A stretch of 64,000 nt of DNA, taken from NCBI GenBank assembly GCA_965237415.1, contig CBDEFM010000002.1, positions 1,536,001-1,600,000 of the forward strand, read 5' to 3'. This document shows, piece by piece, positions 1-12,336 of this stretch (positions within the stretch are counted from its first letter, which is position 1; each line of letters begins with the position of its first letter). The translations under genes were made by a program, and so were the position numbers. The DNA is from Alphaproteobacteria bacterium (GTDB lineage Bacteria; Pseudomonadota; Alphaproteobacteria; UBA828). The notes under the pieces are model-generated. The model did no database searches. It saw only the letters and a list, made by a program, of their open reading frames with translations, and was not told the DNA's origin.

Positions 1-25
1 CGGCCGAGTAGGAAGGCGCGGCGCC

Positions 26-961
26 ATGGCCGAGCACACCGGAATCGCTTTTCGCGACGGGGCGTATCTTCCGGTCGAGGATCTCTCGATCTCCGTTCTC
101 GATCCCGCCTTCTGCCGCAGCGACGTCGTCTTCGACGTGGTCTCGGTGTCCGACCGCGCTTTCTTCCGCCTCGACGATCACATGGCCCGCTTTCGCGCGT
201 CTTGCGATCACGTCTACATGGTCTCGCCCTATCCGGACGCCGAAATGGCGCACATCATGGCACAGTGCGTGGATCGCGCGGGTCTTTCCGACGCGCTCGT
301 CTATGCGCTGTGCACCCGCGGCCGGTACAGCGACGGCCGCGCCCAGGGCGACCCCCGCTTCTGCGAGAACGAGTTCATCGCCTATGCGGTGCCCTACTAC
401 ACGACGGTGCCGGAATCGTGCGCGCGGGGGGGTGTCCACCTCTGGGTCGCGGAAACACGCCGCGTGCCCGACGCCGCCATCGACCAGCGGGTGAAGAACT
501 TCAACCGCATGGACCTGACACGCGCCCAGTTCGAGGCGTTGAACGCGGGAGCCGACGCTCCGCTACTCTGCTCGACCGAGGGGTACATTGCGGAGGGGCC
601 AGGCTTCAACCTCTGGCTCTTGCGCGGGCGTACGGCATTCACGCCACGCGACAATCTGCTCGAGGGCATCACGCGCAAGACGGTGTTCGAGCTCTGCGCC
701 GAAGCGGGTCTGGCGGCGGAGGCGACCGACCTGACGCCGGGCGATCTCGACGACGCCAACGAGATGTTCATCTGCTCATCGGCGGGCGGGCTGATGCCTG
801 TTACCCGCCTCAACGGGAGAACCATCGGCAACGGCGCGCCCGGCATCACCACGAGCCAGCTTCGCGATCTCTATTGGCGCAAGCGTGCTCAGGGTTGGTA
901 CGCAACCGATGTTGCTTACCTGCTAGAGCTGTCGCCGGCCAGGCGCGCGATCGCCGAGTAG
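26..961 (+). CDS. PLP fold-type IV aminotransferase (BCAT/D-amino-acid/(R)-amine transaminase-like)
   Basis: SDVVFDV, FRLDDHMARF, catalytic Lys in RVKNFN, EGPGFN, LEGITR, CSSAGG; RBS-like AGGAAGG upstream. Confidence 0.9.
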   Translation: MAEHTGIAFRDGAYLPVEDLSISVLDPAFCRSDVVFDVVSVSDRAFFRLDDHMARFRASCDHVYMVSPYPDAEMAHIMAQCVDRAGLSDALVYALCTRGRYSDGRAQGDPRFCENEFIAYAVPYYTTVPESCARGGVHLWVAETRRVPDAAIDQRVKNFNRMDLTRAQFEALNAGADAPLLCSTEGYIAEGPGFNLWLLRGRTAFTPRDNLLEGITRKTVFELCAEAGLAAEATDLTPGDLDDANEMFICSSAGGLMPVTRLNGRTIGNGAPGITTSQLRDLYWRKRAQGWYATDVAYLLELSPARRAIAE

Positions 962-1027
962 GGCAGGAGTCCGCGGTGCGCTCCGGGCCCGGCATACCGG
1001 CCCTGAGGCCAAATGCCGGGATGGCTC

Positions 1028-1195
1028 TCAGCGCAACACAAACGGGTTGGGCACTTCGCTCGCGGTGCTGATCCAGACGCTCTTCGTCTGCAGGTACTCG
1101 CGGATTGCTTCTGCGCCGTTTTCCCGCCCCAGTCCGCTCATCTTGTAGCCGCCAAAGGGGGACATGAAGCTGATCGCCCGGTAGGTATTGACTAC
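1028..1195 (-). pseudogene. C-terminal remnant of an aldehyde dehydrogenase
   Basis: minus strand reads VNTYRAISFMSPFGGYKMSGLGRENGAEAIREYLQTKSVWISTASEVPNPFVLR*; the rest of the gene is absent. Confidence 0.75.
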
Positions 1196-1646
1196 ACGGT
1201 GCCAGCCTGGAGGGGCGGGCAGTCGATCCAGTCGAGCTCGGCCAGGATCGTCTCCGGGTCAACGCCATGGACAAGGCCGTTGACGATGTCCGCGGGATGC
1301 TCGCCGGGTTCCGGCTGGCCGGAGCGGGGATCGAGGACGATCACGCGACAGCGGAAACGCGGCGGCCAGGTGTGGATTTCTGTGTGATTTCACGAGCGGG
1401 CGCTGAACTCTTGGCAGGCAGATTGTGGGTCAGTCGGTGTGACTGTCGCAATGGGCGGGCCGGCGATCGATCAGAATCGGGTTAATGCCGTTACGGTATT
1501 CGAATCTGCAATCTTCTCCCTGCGGCGTCGCGGGCCGCCCCGCCTCGTTCCGCGACCCCGCCGGGACCTGCGCCATGAGGCGTCGAGGAGGAACGTGCGG
1601 GTCGCGGCCGCTGCAGACTCCGGCAGGTCTTCGCAGTCGGATCCGG

Positions 1647-4272
1647 CTACCACCGGGCCGAGAGCCGGGCGCCGATGCGGTGCTCCGCCGGGCCGCCGCC
1701 GCCGGCCGTCTCGATCCGGCGCGCCTCGGTCGACAGCTGGAACCTGCCGGAGCCGCGGGACCCGTCGTCCGCCAGGCGCCAGCCCAGGATATACTCCCGG
1801 CCCGTGCCGGAGAGGCCGAGGCCGATCTCCGGGACAGAAGCGAAGCGGCCGCCCCAGGCCGGGAAACCATAGCCGAACCTTGCCTCCAGCCGGCTGTTCC
1901 GCAGGTCGCCATGATCGCCCGGCCCTGACCCGGAGCCGGGCTGCGCCGCCAGACCCGTCAGCGTACCGCGCGCCAGCAGTGCATCCGCTCCGCCCGAGGC
2001 CGGACCGCCGACCGTCCGGGTCAGGGACAGCGCCGGGCCGCGCGCCGAGGACGGTTTCGGGTCCCAGGCGAGCGAGCCGGAGAAGCCGCGCTGGCGGAAG
2101 CCCTTCGCCTCGTGGGTGAGCAGGCCGCGCCCGTGCAGCTCGATCTGCAGGCCGTGCTTCGCCACGGTCCAGGCGATGCCGCCGCCCATGTCGACGCCGA
2201 AACCGGTCTCGGCATCGGCGCCGTCGTGGCGCATGCCGATCTCGAAGGACGGCGTCAGGGCCCCTCCGGCGCCGAGGCTGAAGGGCCGCGCTCCTTCCAG
2301 GCCGAGGCGCAACCGGGTGACCGTGGCCCGGGCGGCGGCCAGGTTGCCGCCGTCGGACCCGGACGCCGCCCCCGACTCCGTCTGCACGATCAGCGCGTCG
2401 GTCTTGCCGGTCAGGGCGAAGCCGTTCCGACCGCCCTCGACCAGCTCGCGGCGAAGCCCGGCGGCTGCCATCCGCAGGTCCAGGTCCGTGCGGATCGTGG
2501 CGCCGTCCTCGTCCGTTCCCGGCTTTTTGGGCGTCACCGTGAGCTCGCCCGTGCCGTAGCCGGCGACGCCCCAGACATCGACCCCCTCGGAGAGCGCAAG
2601 CCGCCCCCAGGGCCAGAGGCCGGTGAGCGTCGCCTCGACGCGGCCCTGGCTGTTGCCGGCATAGTCGCCCTCGCCGACGCTGCGCGAGACGATCAGCCCG
2701 GCGGTCCAGGCGCCTGCCCCGGAGCCCGACCTGTCCCGGCCTCCGAGCCGGGATCCGGGATCCCGGGACCAGTCGAGGCCGACCATGCCGCTCGCGACCT
2801 CGCCGTCGAGCGACAGGCTGCCCTCGCGGCCGTCGAAGCGGGTAACGGCGCCTCGTCCCCACAGGGAGACGGTTTCGCGCGTCCGGGTTTCCATGGTGAG
2901 CGAGAAGGACGAACCGGCCGGCAGGTCGCGCCCGGCTCCCAACCGGTCCGACGGGCCCGCGGCCTCGCCCGAATCCCGATCTTTCCCGGATTCCGAACCG
3001 GCAACCGGACCCTGATTGCCGACCCGATGGCCGGCGAGCGGCAATTCGATGCCGGGCCGGCGCGCCGCCCGCAGCCGGTTGGCCAGGTCCTGCACCGTGC
3101 GTTGCGCCCCGGCCTCCGTTTCCCGTGTCCGGTCTTCCCCGGACGCCGCATCCCCGCCCGACCCCGCTCCGAACAGCGGCCCGAGCCCGATCCGCCGCCC
3201 GGCGAGGCGCGCCTCGCCGCCGGGCACCCGCGTCGCCCGCACCCGGGCGTCCGCCGCATCCAATACCTGCTCGGCCACCGTGCGCCCGAAGCGCGCGATC
3301 CACGCCGTCGGCATCTTGTCGGTGTTGGAGATCGTCCCGGTCGCGGTCGGGTCCGCCACGCTCATATGCAACGGGCTCAGGTTCCACACCGTCAGCGTCA
3401 GCGTCTCCGAGCCCTCGTCCAGCTCGTCGTCCAGCACCGGCACGGAGACCGTCTTCTCCGTCTGCCGGGGCGAGAAGGTCAGCCAGCCGGAAGTCTCCCT
3501 GTAGTCCGATCCGGCCCTGGCCGTGCCGTCCGAGGTCGCAAAGCGCACTGTCACCGTCTCCGAAAGCGCCCGGCTCAGCGTCACGGCGAAATCCAGAGAC
3601 GCGCCCCGGGCCTGTCCGGGCATCGTTGACCGACACCGCGGGCGCTGTGGTTCGGGCACGGCCACAAGGCCCGCGGGTCAGGTGCCCTGCGCAATTGCGC
3701 ACGTCGCCCAGATCGAGCCAGGGAACGGTAATCCTGGTCGGCATGTAGGGGTAAAACTCAGGGGGAGGAACGGTCATCCAGCATTCGGCGGAGATGGTGC
3801 AGTTGTAGTTTTCGCCGGAAATGGCGGCGATGGCTCTTGGGCGCGCGCAGGTCCGGGCCGCCGGACTCACTTGCATGAAACGCGCAAGGCAACCCGCATC
3901 GGTAACCACGTCGGACCTGTTGCAGAGCGCGCCGGTGTCGGAGCAGCAGGAGATACCCCGGATCCGGTGGCGGGTGTCGCCGTCCCTCGGAAGGCTGTCA
4001 TTCAGATGGAGCGTACGGTCCATGGCAGATTTCAGGTCGACCTTGGCCACGACCTTCCCGTATTCCGGGCACATGTTCCGGACATGGTACGGGCTCTTCT
4101 TGAGCAGGCCCCGGTTCTTCCACCAGGCGCTCAGGCATTCGGAGTCCCTGTGGTCCACCCTGTTCCCGGCGCTGCATGAAGCCTCCGCCGTCGTTGCCGG
4201 AAGCAACATGAACGCCGCGGCAAGAAGTGCGACCGCCAGGACTCCCGTGCGGAAGGTGCTTGCTTCGGCCAT
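1647..4272 (-). pseudogene. Frameshifted autotransporter-like surface protein: signal peptide, Cys-rich domain, Calx-beta domain, C-terminal beta-barrel
   Basis: ORF from 4272 has a signal peptide and 12 Cys up to PAVSVNDAR, then a frame change near 3610 into ASLDFAVTLS...ATSDGTARAGSDY...DDELDEGSETLTL (Calx-beta), AWIARFGRTVA, barrel ending LSARW. Confidence 0.75.
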
Positions 4273-4391
4273 TCCGGCGCTCCCCTGCGATCCAGGAGGC
4301 GCGTCCCAGAAGGATGCGCTACCTAATCAGGTGGGGAGGCCTGCCGGCGCAACCAGACGGATTTTCCAATGGGGTCTATTGGAAATTAATA

Positions 4392-5421
4392 GGCTCAATT
4401 CGCAAACCGTAGGCACCGGCGGTAGAATGGTTCCCGATTCGCGTGGGAGGTCAGGCAGATGGATCACGAGCGGTTTCGGGACTGGTTCTCGCATGTTGAT
4501 GAGTTGACGGCGGCGCAGCGCAAGGAGGTCGCGACGGTGCTGTCGGACCCGCCGGAGGGCGCGGCCTCGCTGGCGGCGATCGAGTTGGGCGTGGATGACG
4601 AGCGGCGCTGTCCACATTGCGGCAGCGCCGGGGCGGTGTCGCGGGGCAAGGCGCGCGGTCTGCGCCGCTATCGGTGCAAGACCTGCGGTAAGACATTCGG
4701 CGCGCTCACGGGCACGGCGCTGTCGGGGCTGCACCACAAGGAGCGCTGGCTGGCCTTCGGCGCCTCGCTTGGCGAAGGCGAGACGATCCGAGAGGCAGCC
4801 GAGCGCTGCGGGATTGCGCCGAGCACGGCGTTTCGCTGGCGCCACCGCTTCCTGGCGGCGGTGCGCCAGGCGCCGGACCGGCTTGCCGGGATCGTCGAGG
4901 CGGACGAGACCTTCGTTCTCGAGAGCCGGAAGGGGGAGCGGAAGCTGGACCGCAAGCCGCGCCGGCGCGGCGGCAAGGCCCGCAAACGCGGTCTCTCGCG
5001 CGAGCAGGTGCCGGTTCTGGTCGCCGCCGACCGTGCCGGCGCGACCCTCAGCCAAACCCTGCCCGCTCTCAACGCAAAGAGCGTGAAGGAGGCGCTGGAG
5101 CCGGTCGTCGCCCGCGATGCCTTGCTCGTCTCCGACGCCAACCGCTGCTATCCGCCCGTCGCAGCGGCGCTCGACATCCCGCACGAGAGCATCAACGGCG
5201 CCGCCGGCGAGCGGGTTCGCGGCGCCCTGCACATCCAGACGGTCAACAGCCGCCACAGCCAGATCAAGGGCTTCCTGCGGGGCTTCCGCGGCATCGCCAC
5301 CGAGTACCTCGACAGCTATCTCAGGTGGTTCCATCTCATCGAACTCGGCGACCAGCCATCGCCCAGAGCGTGTCTCAAGGCGGCAATGGCCAGACCATGC
5401 CTACGCTTCGCTAATTGAGCC
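4392..5421 (+). mobile_element. IS1595-family insertion sequence, complete
   Basis: 24-bp IRs (GGCTCAATTCGCAAACCGTAGGCA, 21/24 match) and 8-bp target duplication AATTAATA at 4384-4391 and 5422-5429. Confidence 0.93.
4459..5418 (+). CDS. IS1595-family transposase
   Basis: Zn ribbon CPHCG...RYRCKTC, HTH, VEADETF, LVSDA, HIQTVNS..H, YLDSYL. Confidence 0.92.
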   Translation: MDHERFRDWFSHVDELTAAQRKEVATVLSDPPEGAASLAAIELGVDDERRCPHCGSAGAVSRGKARGLRRYRCKTCGKTFGALTGTALSGLHHKERWLAFGASLGEGETIREAAERCGIAPSTAFRWRHRFLAAVRQAPDRLAGIVEADETFVLESRKGERKLDRKPRRRGGKARKRGLSREQVPVLVAADRAGATLSQTLPALNAKSVKEALEPVVARDALLVSDANRCYPPVAAALDIPHESINGAAGERVRGALHIQTVNSRHSQIKGFLRGFRGIATEYLDSYLRWFHLIELGDQPSPRACLKAAMARPCLRFAN

Positions 5422-5669
5422 AATTAATATGAGCAGCCCCGCGCCAGACCTGCCGACAACGGTCGAACTGAACAGCACCCGTCAGGTCGGTCCGTCCCCC
5501 GGACAAATCCAACGAACCCCGCCCCGCGTGGGACGCATTATGGAGTTACACCGATTCCCGGTACCCGGAACCACCCGGTCCAGCGGCTAAACGGCTCCTG
5601 CGCAGACTCAACGCTCGTGACGGCACGCGCCACCACCTCAATGCGGCGTTGCACTCATGAGCGTAGATT

Positions 5670-5921
5670 GTGGGTCTGAGGGTTTCGCTTCAGACCTCTG
5701 GATCGCCAGACTTGAGCAGGGAAGCCCTGGCCGAACAATGGAGCTTCGGGTTCGAGACGCCGATTACTAACTTCACCTTCGTCGACCTCAAGCCGGACAC
5801 CGAGTACGAGTTCCAGGTTCGCATCAGGACTGCAGCCGGCGAAGGCCCGCCCGCGCTCTTCAGGGTGCGCACCGGCCCGACGGGGAACAGCGGCAACGTG
5901 ATCCCGTTCCCGAAGCACTGA
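5670..5921 (+). pseudogene. Fibronectin type III-like domain remnant
   Basis: FVDLKPDTEYEFQVRIRTAAGEGP matches the FN3 C-terminal signature; no convincing start. Confidence 0.5.
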
Positions 5922-6085
5922 CCCCGCGGGCTCCGCGCCTGCCGATTCATCCCGCCGCAGGGCCGCCCGCCGGCCCCTGGCTCGGCGGAGAGCGGTTCGA
6001 ACGAACCCTCGTTCGAACGAACCCTCTGAGACGCTGCCGTGACAGCCAGGGTTGCTAAGGAACCGCGAGCCGAGACGGCCGGTGA

Positions 6086-6547
6086 TCAGCTCTTGAGAGC
6101 GACCACCGCTTCGATCTCGACCGGTATCTGGAACGGCAACGAGTTCATGCCGATCGCCGAGCGCGCGCACCGGCCCGGCTCCCCAAAGATATCGACCATC
6201 AGAGTCGAGAATCCGTCGATGACTTTCGGATGGTGCTCGAAGTCTGGCGCCGCGTTCACCATGCCGAGAACCTTGACAAAACGCTCCACCCGGTCGAGGT
6301 CGCCGATCACCGCCCTGAGGCTCGACAGAAGGTTCAGCCCGACCAGGCGGGCTGCCTCGACCGCCTCCTCGATGCTCACCTCGGTCGGGACCTTGCCGGT
6401 CAGATGGCCGCCGTCCGCGCGGCGCGGCCCATGCCCCGCGATGAACACGAGATTGCCGGTGACGACCGCACCGACGTAGGCGCCCAGGGGCGGAGGCGGC
6501 GCGGGCAATGTGATGGCAAGTTCCGTCAACCGTGCTTCGATGGTCAT
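6086..6547 (-). CDS. RidA/YjgF/UK114 family protein
   Basis: GAYVGAVVTGNLVFIAGHGP, ARSAIGMNSLP, VEIEAV; RBS AGGAGG. Confidence 0.88.
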   Translation of the reverse strand: MTIEARLTELAITLPAPPPPLGAYVGAVVTGNLVFIAGHGPRRADGGHLTGKVPTEVSIEEAVEAARLVGLNLLSSLRAVIGDLDRVERFVKVLGMVNAAPDFEHHPKVIDGFSTLMVDIFGEPGRCARSAIGMNSLPFQIPVEIEAVVALKS

Positions 6548-6706
6548 GTTGCCTCCTTTTTGTGACCGGCCGATCCCGGTCCGCCCTTATCCGACATTCC
6601 CCGAATACACGCTGGTTCCGACCGTCAGAACAGGCAACTTGAAGCAACAGCTTGAGAAAGTCCTGGTGAGGGCCGGGCGGACCCTCGGCGACGGGGCGGT
6701 GAAAGG

Positions 6707-8413
6707 CTAGTCCGGGTCTGCGGGCGGATTGGACAAGCGATCCAGAATGTCGGCGAGGCGGCTGGGATCGGCGCTTGGCATGCCGATCTCCTTGAGCAGC
6801 GCGTCAATGATCGGGGCCTGAGCCCGGTATCGTAGCGCGCTATCGGTCAGCTGCTCGGCGTAGTTGCCTGGGCCGCTGCCTTCGCCCCGGCTCCCGGTCG
6901 AGCCGGCACCGAGGCCATCGACGTGCACGATCTTGATCCCTTCGATCTTTTCGAGGGGCTTGACGGTCTCGCCGATAATCTCCTGCAGCCGCTCGATGAT
7001 CGCCATCTTGACCTTGAGCTCGATCAGTTCGGGCGTGAGCGCGGTATCGGCTTCGTGCATGGCGCGTTGGGCCTTGGCCTCTACCGCGCTGCGCACGTCC
7101 GCGGCATCGGCGCGCTGCTTCTCGGCGTCTGCCTCGGCCAGGGCAAGAAGGCGTACGCGGTTTGCCTCGCTCTCGGTCTGGATGTGGTTGGTCTCGGCCA
7201 ACTCCGCGGCCGCTTGGCGCCGGGCCTCGGCGGAGACCACGACGCCGATCGCGGTGCGTTCCGCCTCCTGTCGCGCCGCAACCAGCTCGATCTCCTTCTG
7301 CCGCTCGGCCCGTTCCACCTCGCGCACCGTGGCGACGGTCTCGCTCGCCCGAACCGCCTCTGAGCGGGCCGTCTCGGCCTCGGCCTGGGCGTGCGATTGA
7401 TCCTTCGATCGCTCCGCCACCGAGATATCTCGTTCGAACCGGGCCAGTTCGATCGTGGCGTCGCGGGCGATCTCGTGCTCACGCACCTTCTGCTCCGAAT
7501 CGAGACGCGCCTCGTTGACGATTCGCTCGGAGGTGATCTGGGTCAATTCGATCTGCTCGCGCGCATTGACCCGAGACTCTTCAATATGCCGGTCCCGCTC
7601 CGCCTCCTCCGCCGCGATCTCCGACTTCTGCTGCGCGCGCCGAATCGCGATCTCCTTCTGCTGCTGAAGGCGAGCATGCTCTTCCTGCTTGGTGATCTCG
7701 AGCTTGAGGCGCTCCGCTTGGAGGTTCTTCTCCTGGATCGCGACCTCGGCGTCCTGCTCGATCTCGTTGCGCGCCCGGCGCCGCGTCTCGATCTCCGCAG
7801 TCAGCTTGGTCAGGCCCTCCGCGTCGAACGCATTGTTGGGGTTGAAGTACTCGCGGCTCGCCTGATCGAGGCCCGTGAGCGAGATCGATTCGAGCTCCAG
7901 GCCGTTGTGCGCGATCTCCTCCGTCAACGTGGCCCGAACCGTCCGGACGAAGTCGATGCGCTGCTCGTGCAACTGCTGCATGTCCCGCTCGGCCGCGACC
8001 GAGCGCAGCGCGTCGACGAACTTCCCTTCCAGCAGCGGCCGCAGCTGCTCCGCATCGAGGGTCTTCGAGCCGAGGGTCTGCGCGGCAGCGCCGATGGCCT
8101 CTGCATTGGGACGGACTCGGACGAAGAACTCCGCCGTAACGTTAACCCGCATGCGATCACGGGTGATCAGCGCGTGCTCGTCCCCGCGCGCGAGGTCGAG
8201 CAGCAGGGTCTTCATGTTGACAGGGGTGGTGTTGTGTAGAACCGGCAGAACGAACGCGCCGCTGTTCATGACGATCTTCTCGCCGCCGAGCCCGGTACGC
8301 ACGAACGACATCTCCTTCGATGCGCGATCGTAGAGCCACCAGAACAAGAGCCACGCGATCCCGATGACGGCAAGGATCACCACGACTATCAGGACGATAC
8401 CGCCTGCACCCAT
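6707..8413 (-). CDS. Flotillin/SPFH family membrane protein (YqiK-like)
   Basis: N-terminal TM helix, FVRTGLGGEK, LITRDRMRV, NPNNAFDAEGLTKL, long Ala/Glu coiled coil, KPLEKIEGIKIV. Confidence 0.9.
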   Translation of the reverse strand: MGAGGIVLIVVVILAVIGIAWLLFWWLYDRASKEMSFVRTGLGGEKIVMNSGAFVLPVLHNTTPVNMKTLLLDLARGDEHALITRDRMRVNVTAEFFVRVRPNAEAIGAAAQTLGSKTLDAEQLRPLLEGKFVDALRSVAAERDMQQLHEQRIDFVRTVRATLTEEIAHNGLELESISLTGLDQASREYFNPNNAFDAEGLTKLTAEIETRRRARNEIEQDAEVAIQEKNLQAERLKLEITKQEEHARLQQQKEIAIRRAQQKSEIAAEEAERDRHIEESRVNAREQIELTQITSERIVNEARLDSEQKVREHEIARDATIELARFERDISVAERSKDQSHAQAEAETARSEAVRASETVATVREVERAERQKEIELVAARQEAERTAIGVVVSAEARRQAAAELAETNHIQTESEANRVRLLALAEADAEKQRADAADVRSAVEAKAQRAMHEADTALTPELIELKVKMAIIERLQEIIGETVKPLEKIEGIKIVHVDGLGAGSTGSRGEGSGPGNYAEQLTDSALRYRAQAPIIDALLKEIGMPSADPSRLADILDRLSNPPADPD

Positions 8414-8581
8414 TGCTACGATCTCCCCTGTCGCGACCTTGGCCGCGTGGCTGGCGGTCGCCGAGCGTTGTCGAAACTATTACGGAACTTGTCTCGGCAT
8501 GCCAGCGTCAATACCCTGCCAGACCGAATGACGGCGCGCAGGCTCCAAGGATAGCCGCCGGACCAAACCGCGAAGGCAGGC

Positions 8582-10055
8582 ATGGCGACACCGGCGCGAG
8601 AGGTCGCTCCCGGGCTTAGAGAGCTGAGCAATTATGTCGGTGGCCGGTTCGAGGCGACCGGCTCGTTGTTCGATGACGTGACGCCGGTGAGCGGCGCAGT
8701 CGTCGCGCGAGTACATGAGGCCGACGCGGCGCTTATTGACGCCGCGGTCCACGCCGCGCGCGGCGCCTTCGAGAGTGCATGGCGGCCGCTGCCGATCGCC
8801 GAGCGTTGCGCCCTGCTTCACAAGGTCGCGGACGGCGTCGAGGAGCGTTTCGACGATTTCCTCGAGGCGGAAGTGGCTGATACCGGCAAGCCGGCGTCGA
8901 TCGCGCGTGAGATCGATATTCCGCGCGGCGCGGCCAACTTCCGGATGTTCGCCGATTTGATCAAGACAGCGGGCACAGATTGCTTCGAGATGGACACGCC
9001 CGATGGCCGCGGAGCCCTCAACTACTCGGTGCGAGAGCCCCATGGCGTGGTGGGCGTCATCGCGCCCTGGAACCTGCCGCTCCTCCTGCTCACCTGGAAG
9101 GTCGCGCCGGCGCTCGCGAGCGGGAACACGGTGATCGCCAAGCCGTCCGAGGAGACCCCGGCGACGGCGACCCTGCTCGCCGAGGTGATGGACGCGGCAG
9201 GCGTACCCCCCGGCGTGTTCAATGTTGTCCACGGCTTCGGGCCGAATTCGGCGGGCGAATGGCTCTCTCGTCACCCGGGGATCGATGCGCTCACCTTCAC
9301 GGGCGAGAGCAAGACTGGCGCTGCCATCATGAATGCCGCCGCCGATACCGTGAAGCCGCTCTCGTTCGAACTCGGCGGCAAGAATGCGGCCGTCATCTTC
9401 GCCGACGCGGATTTCGAGGCGGCGATCGAGGGCACAACACGGTCAGTGTTCGCAAATTGCGGGCAGGTTTGCCTCAACTCCGAGCGAGTCTATGTCGAGC
9501 GACCCATCTTCGAGCGCTTCGTCGCGGCCCTGAAGGAGCGGGCCGAAGCGTTGGTCCCGGCCGATCCCTGGGCCGACGACTGCACGTTGGGGCCACTCAT
9601 CTCGGCCGAGCATCGCACCAAGGTTCTCGGCTACTACGATCTCGCCAGAGACGAGGGCGCAGAGGTGGTGACCGGCGGGGGCGTGCCGGACTTCGGCGAC
9701 GCGCGCGACGGCGGCTCCTACGTGCAACCGACGATCTGGACCGGCCTCACCGACACCGCGCGCTCGGTGCGCGAGGAGATCTTCGGACCGGTCTGTCATA
9801 TTGCGCCGTTCGACAGCGAGGACGAGGCGATCGCCCGCGCCAACGACAGCGACTACGGCCTCGCAACCGCAATCTGGACCCGCGATCTGTCACGCGCGCA
9901 TCGCGTGGCGCGGCGGATCGCGGTTGGGATTTGCTGGGTCAATTGCTGGTTTCTGCGTGATCTCCGAACCCCGTTCGGCGGCGTCAAGCTCTCCGGAATC
10001 GGCCGGGAGGGTGGGCTCCACTCGCTCAACTTCTATGCCGAGCAGAAGAACATCT

Positions 10056-10069
<14 letters not shown>
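8582..10069 (+). CDS. 2-hydroxy/2-aminomuconic semialdehyde dehydrogenase (DmpC/AmnC-like)
   Basis: DIPRGAANF, PWNLPLLL, KPSEETP, FELGGKN, GQVCL, EEIFGPV, WFLRDLRTPFGG. Confidence 0.9.
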
Positions 10070-11464
<1,395 letters not shown>

Positions 11465-11495
11465 CCATGGTTCCTGCGGGATCGGCCGCACGAAC

Positions 11496-12308
11496 ATGAC
11501 CCTCGCCGCCGCGTTCCTGGTTCCGGGTTCTCCTCTGCCCTATTTGCGCAAGGACAATCCGCCCTGGTCCGGTCTCGCCGCCGGCTACGAGAAGGCGGCG
11601 CGCGCGCTCTCCGCTGCCCGCCCCGACGTCGTGCTGCTCTACTCCACCCAATGGGTGGCGGTTCTGGACCAGCTCTGGCAGGAGCGGCCGCGATTGCAGG
11701 GACTGCATGTCGATGAGAATTGGTACGAGTTCGGCGAGTTGCCGTTCGACCTGGGCATCGACACCGCGCTCGCGCAGGCCTGTGTCGAGAATGCCAATGC
11801 GCTCGGGCTACACTCGAGGGGAATCGACTACGACGCCTTTCCGGTCGATACCGGAACCATCGTCGCCAGCAACAGCCTCGATCCCGAGGGTGCTCGACGT
11901 TTCGTGCTGGCCGCCAACAATCTCTACCACGACTTCGAGACCACCCGGCGCATCGCGACCATCGCGGGCGAGGCCGCGAGCGCGCAGGGCAAGCGCTTCG
12001 CCGTGGTCGGTGTCGGCGGACTTTCGGGCACGATATTCCGCGAAGAGATCGACATCGCCGACGATCGGATCGCGAGCGACGAGGACGATCGCTGGAACCG
12101 GCGTATGCTGAGCCTGCTGGAGAAGGGCGAGACGCAGCAGGTCGACCGGGAGTGCGCGGACTATGTGCAGGCGGCCAAGGTCGACATGGGCTTCAAGCAC
12201 CTCGCATGGATTCAGGGTGCGACGGGAGGACGCTATTACGGCGCGCGCATTCACGCCTACGGTCCGACTTATGGAGCCGGCGCGGCCGTCGTCGAGTTCA
12301 AGGTTTAG
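11496..12308 (+). CDS. amnA: 2-aminophenol 1,6-dioxygenase alpha subunit
   Basis: AFLVPGSPLP, YSTQWVAVLDQLWQ, VDENWYEFG, DMGFKH, YGPTYGAGAAVVEF; follows the beta subunit. Confidence 0.88.
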   Translation: MTLAAAFLVPGSPLPYLRKDNPPWSGLAAGYEKAARALSAARPDVVLLYSTQWVAVLDQLWQERPRLQGLHVDENWYEFGELPFDLGIDTALAQACVENANALGLHSRGIDYDAFPVDTGTIVASNSLDPEGARRFVLAANNLYHDFETTRRIATIAGEAASAQGKRFAVVGVGGLSGTIFREEIDIADDRIASDEDDRWNRRMLSLLEKGETQQVDRECADYVQAAKVDMGFKHLAWIQGATGGRYYGARIHAYGPTYGAGAAVVEFKV

Positions 12309-12336
12309 AGAATCGGATACAAACAGGGAGAAGACG

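Noticed and set aside
1471-4272. 933-aa ORF as a real protein
   Set aside because: Only the first 220 aa or so look genuine; the rest is off-frame Arg/Pro-rich read-through of the autotransporter after the frameshift
5657-5668. Repeat ATGAGCGTAGAT also at 27401-27412
   Set aside because: A 12-mer match is expected many times by chance in 64 kb
5995-6026. Tandem 16-mer GTTCGAACGAACCCTC x2 as a CRISPR remnant
   Set aside because: Two adjacent units with no spacer and no cas genes; a simple local duplication
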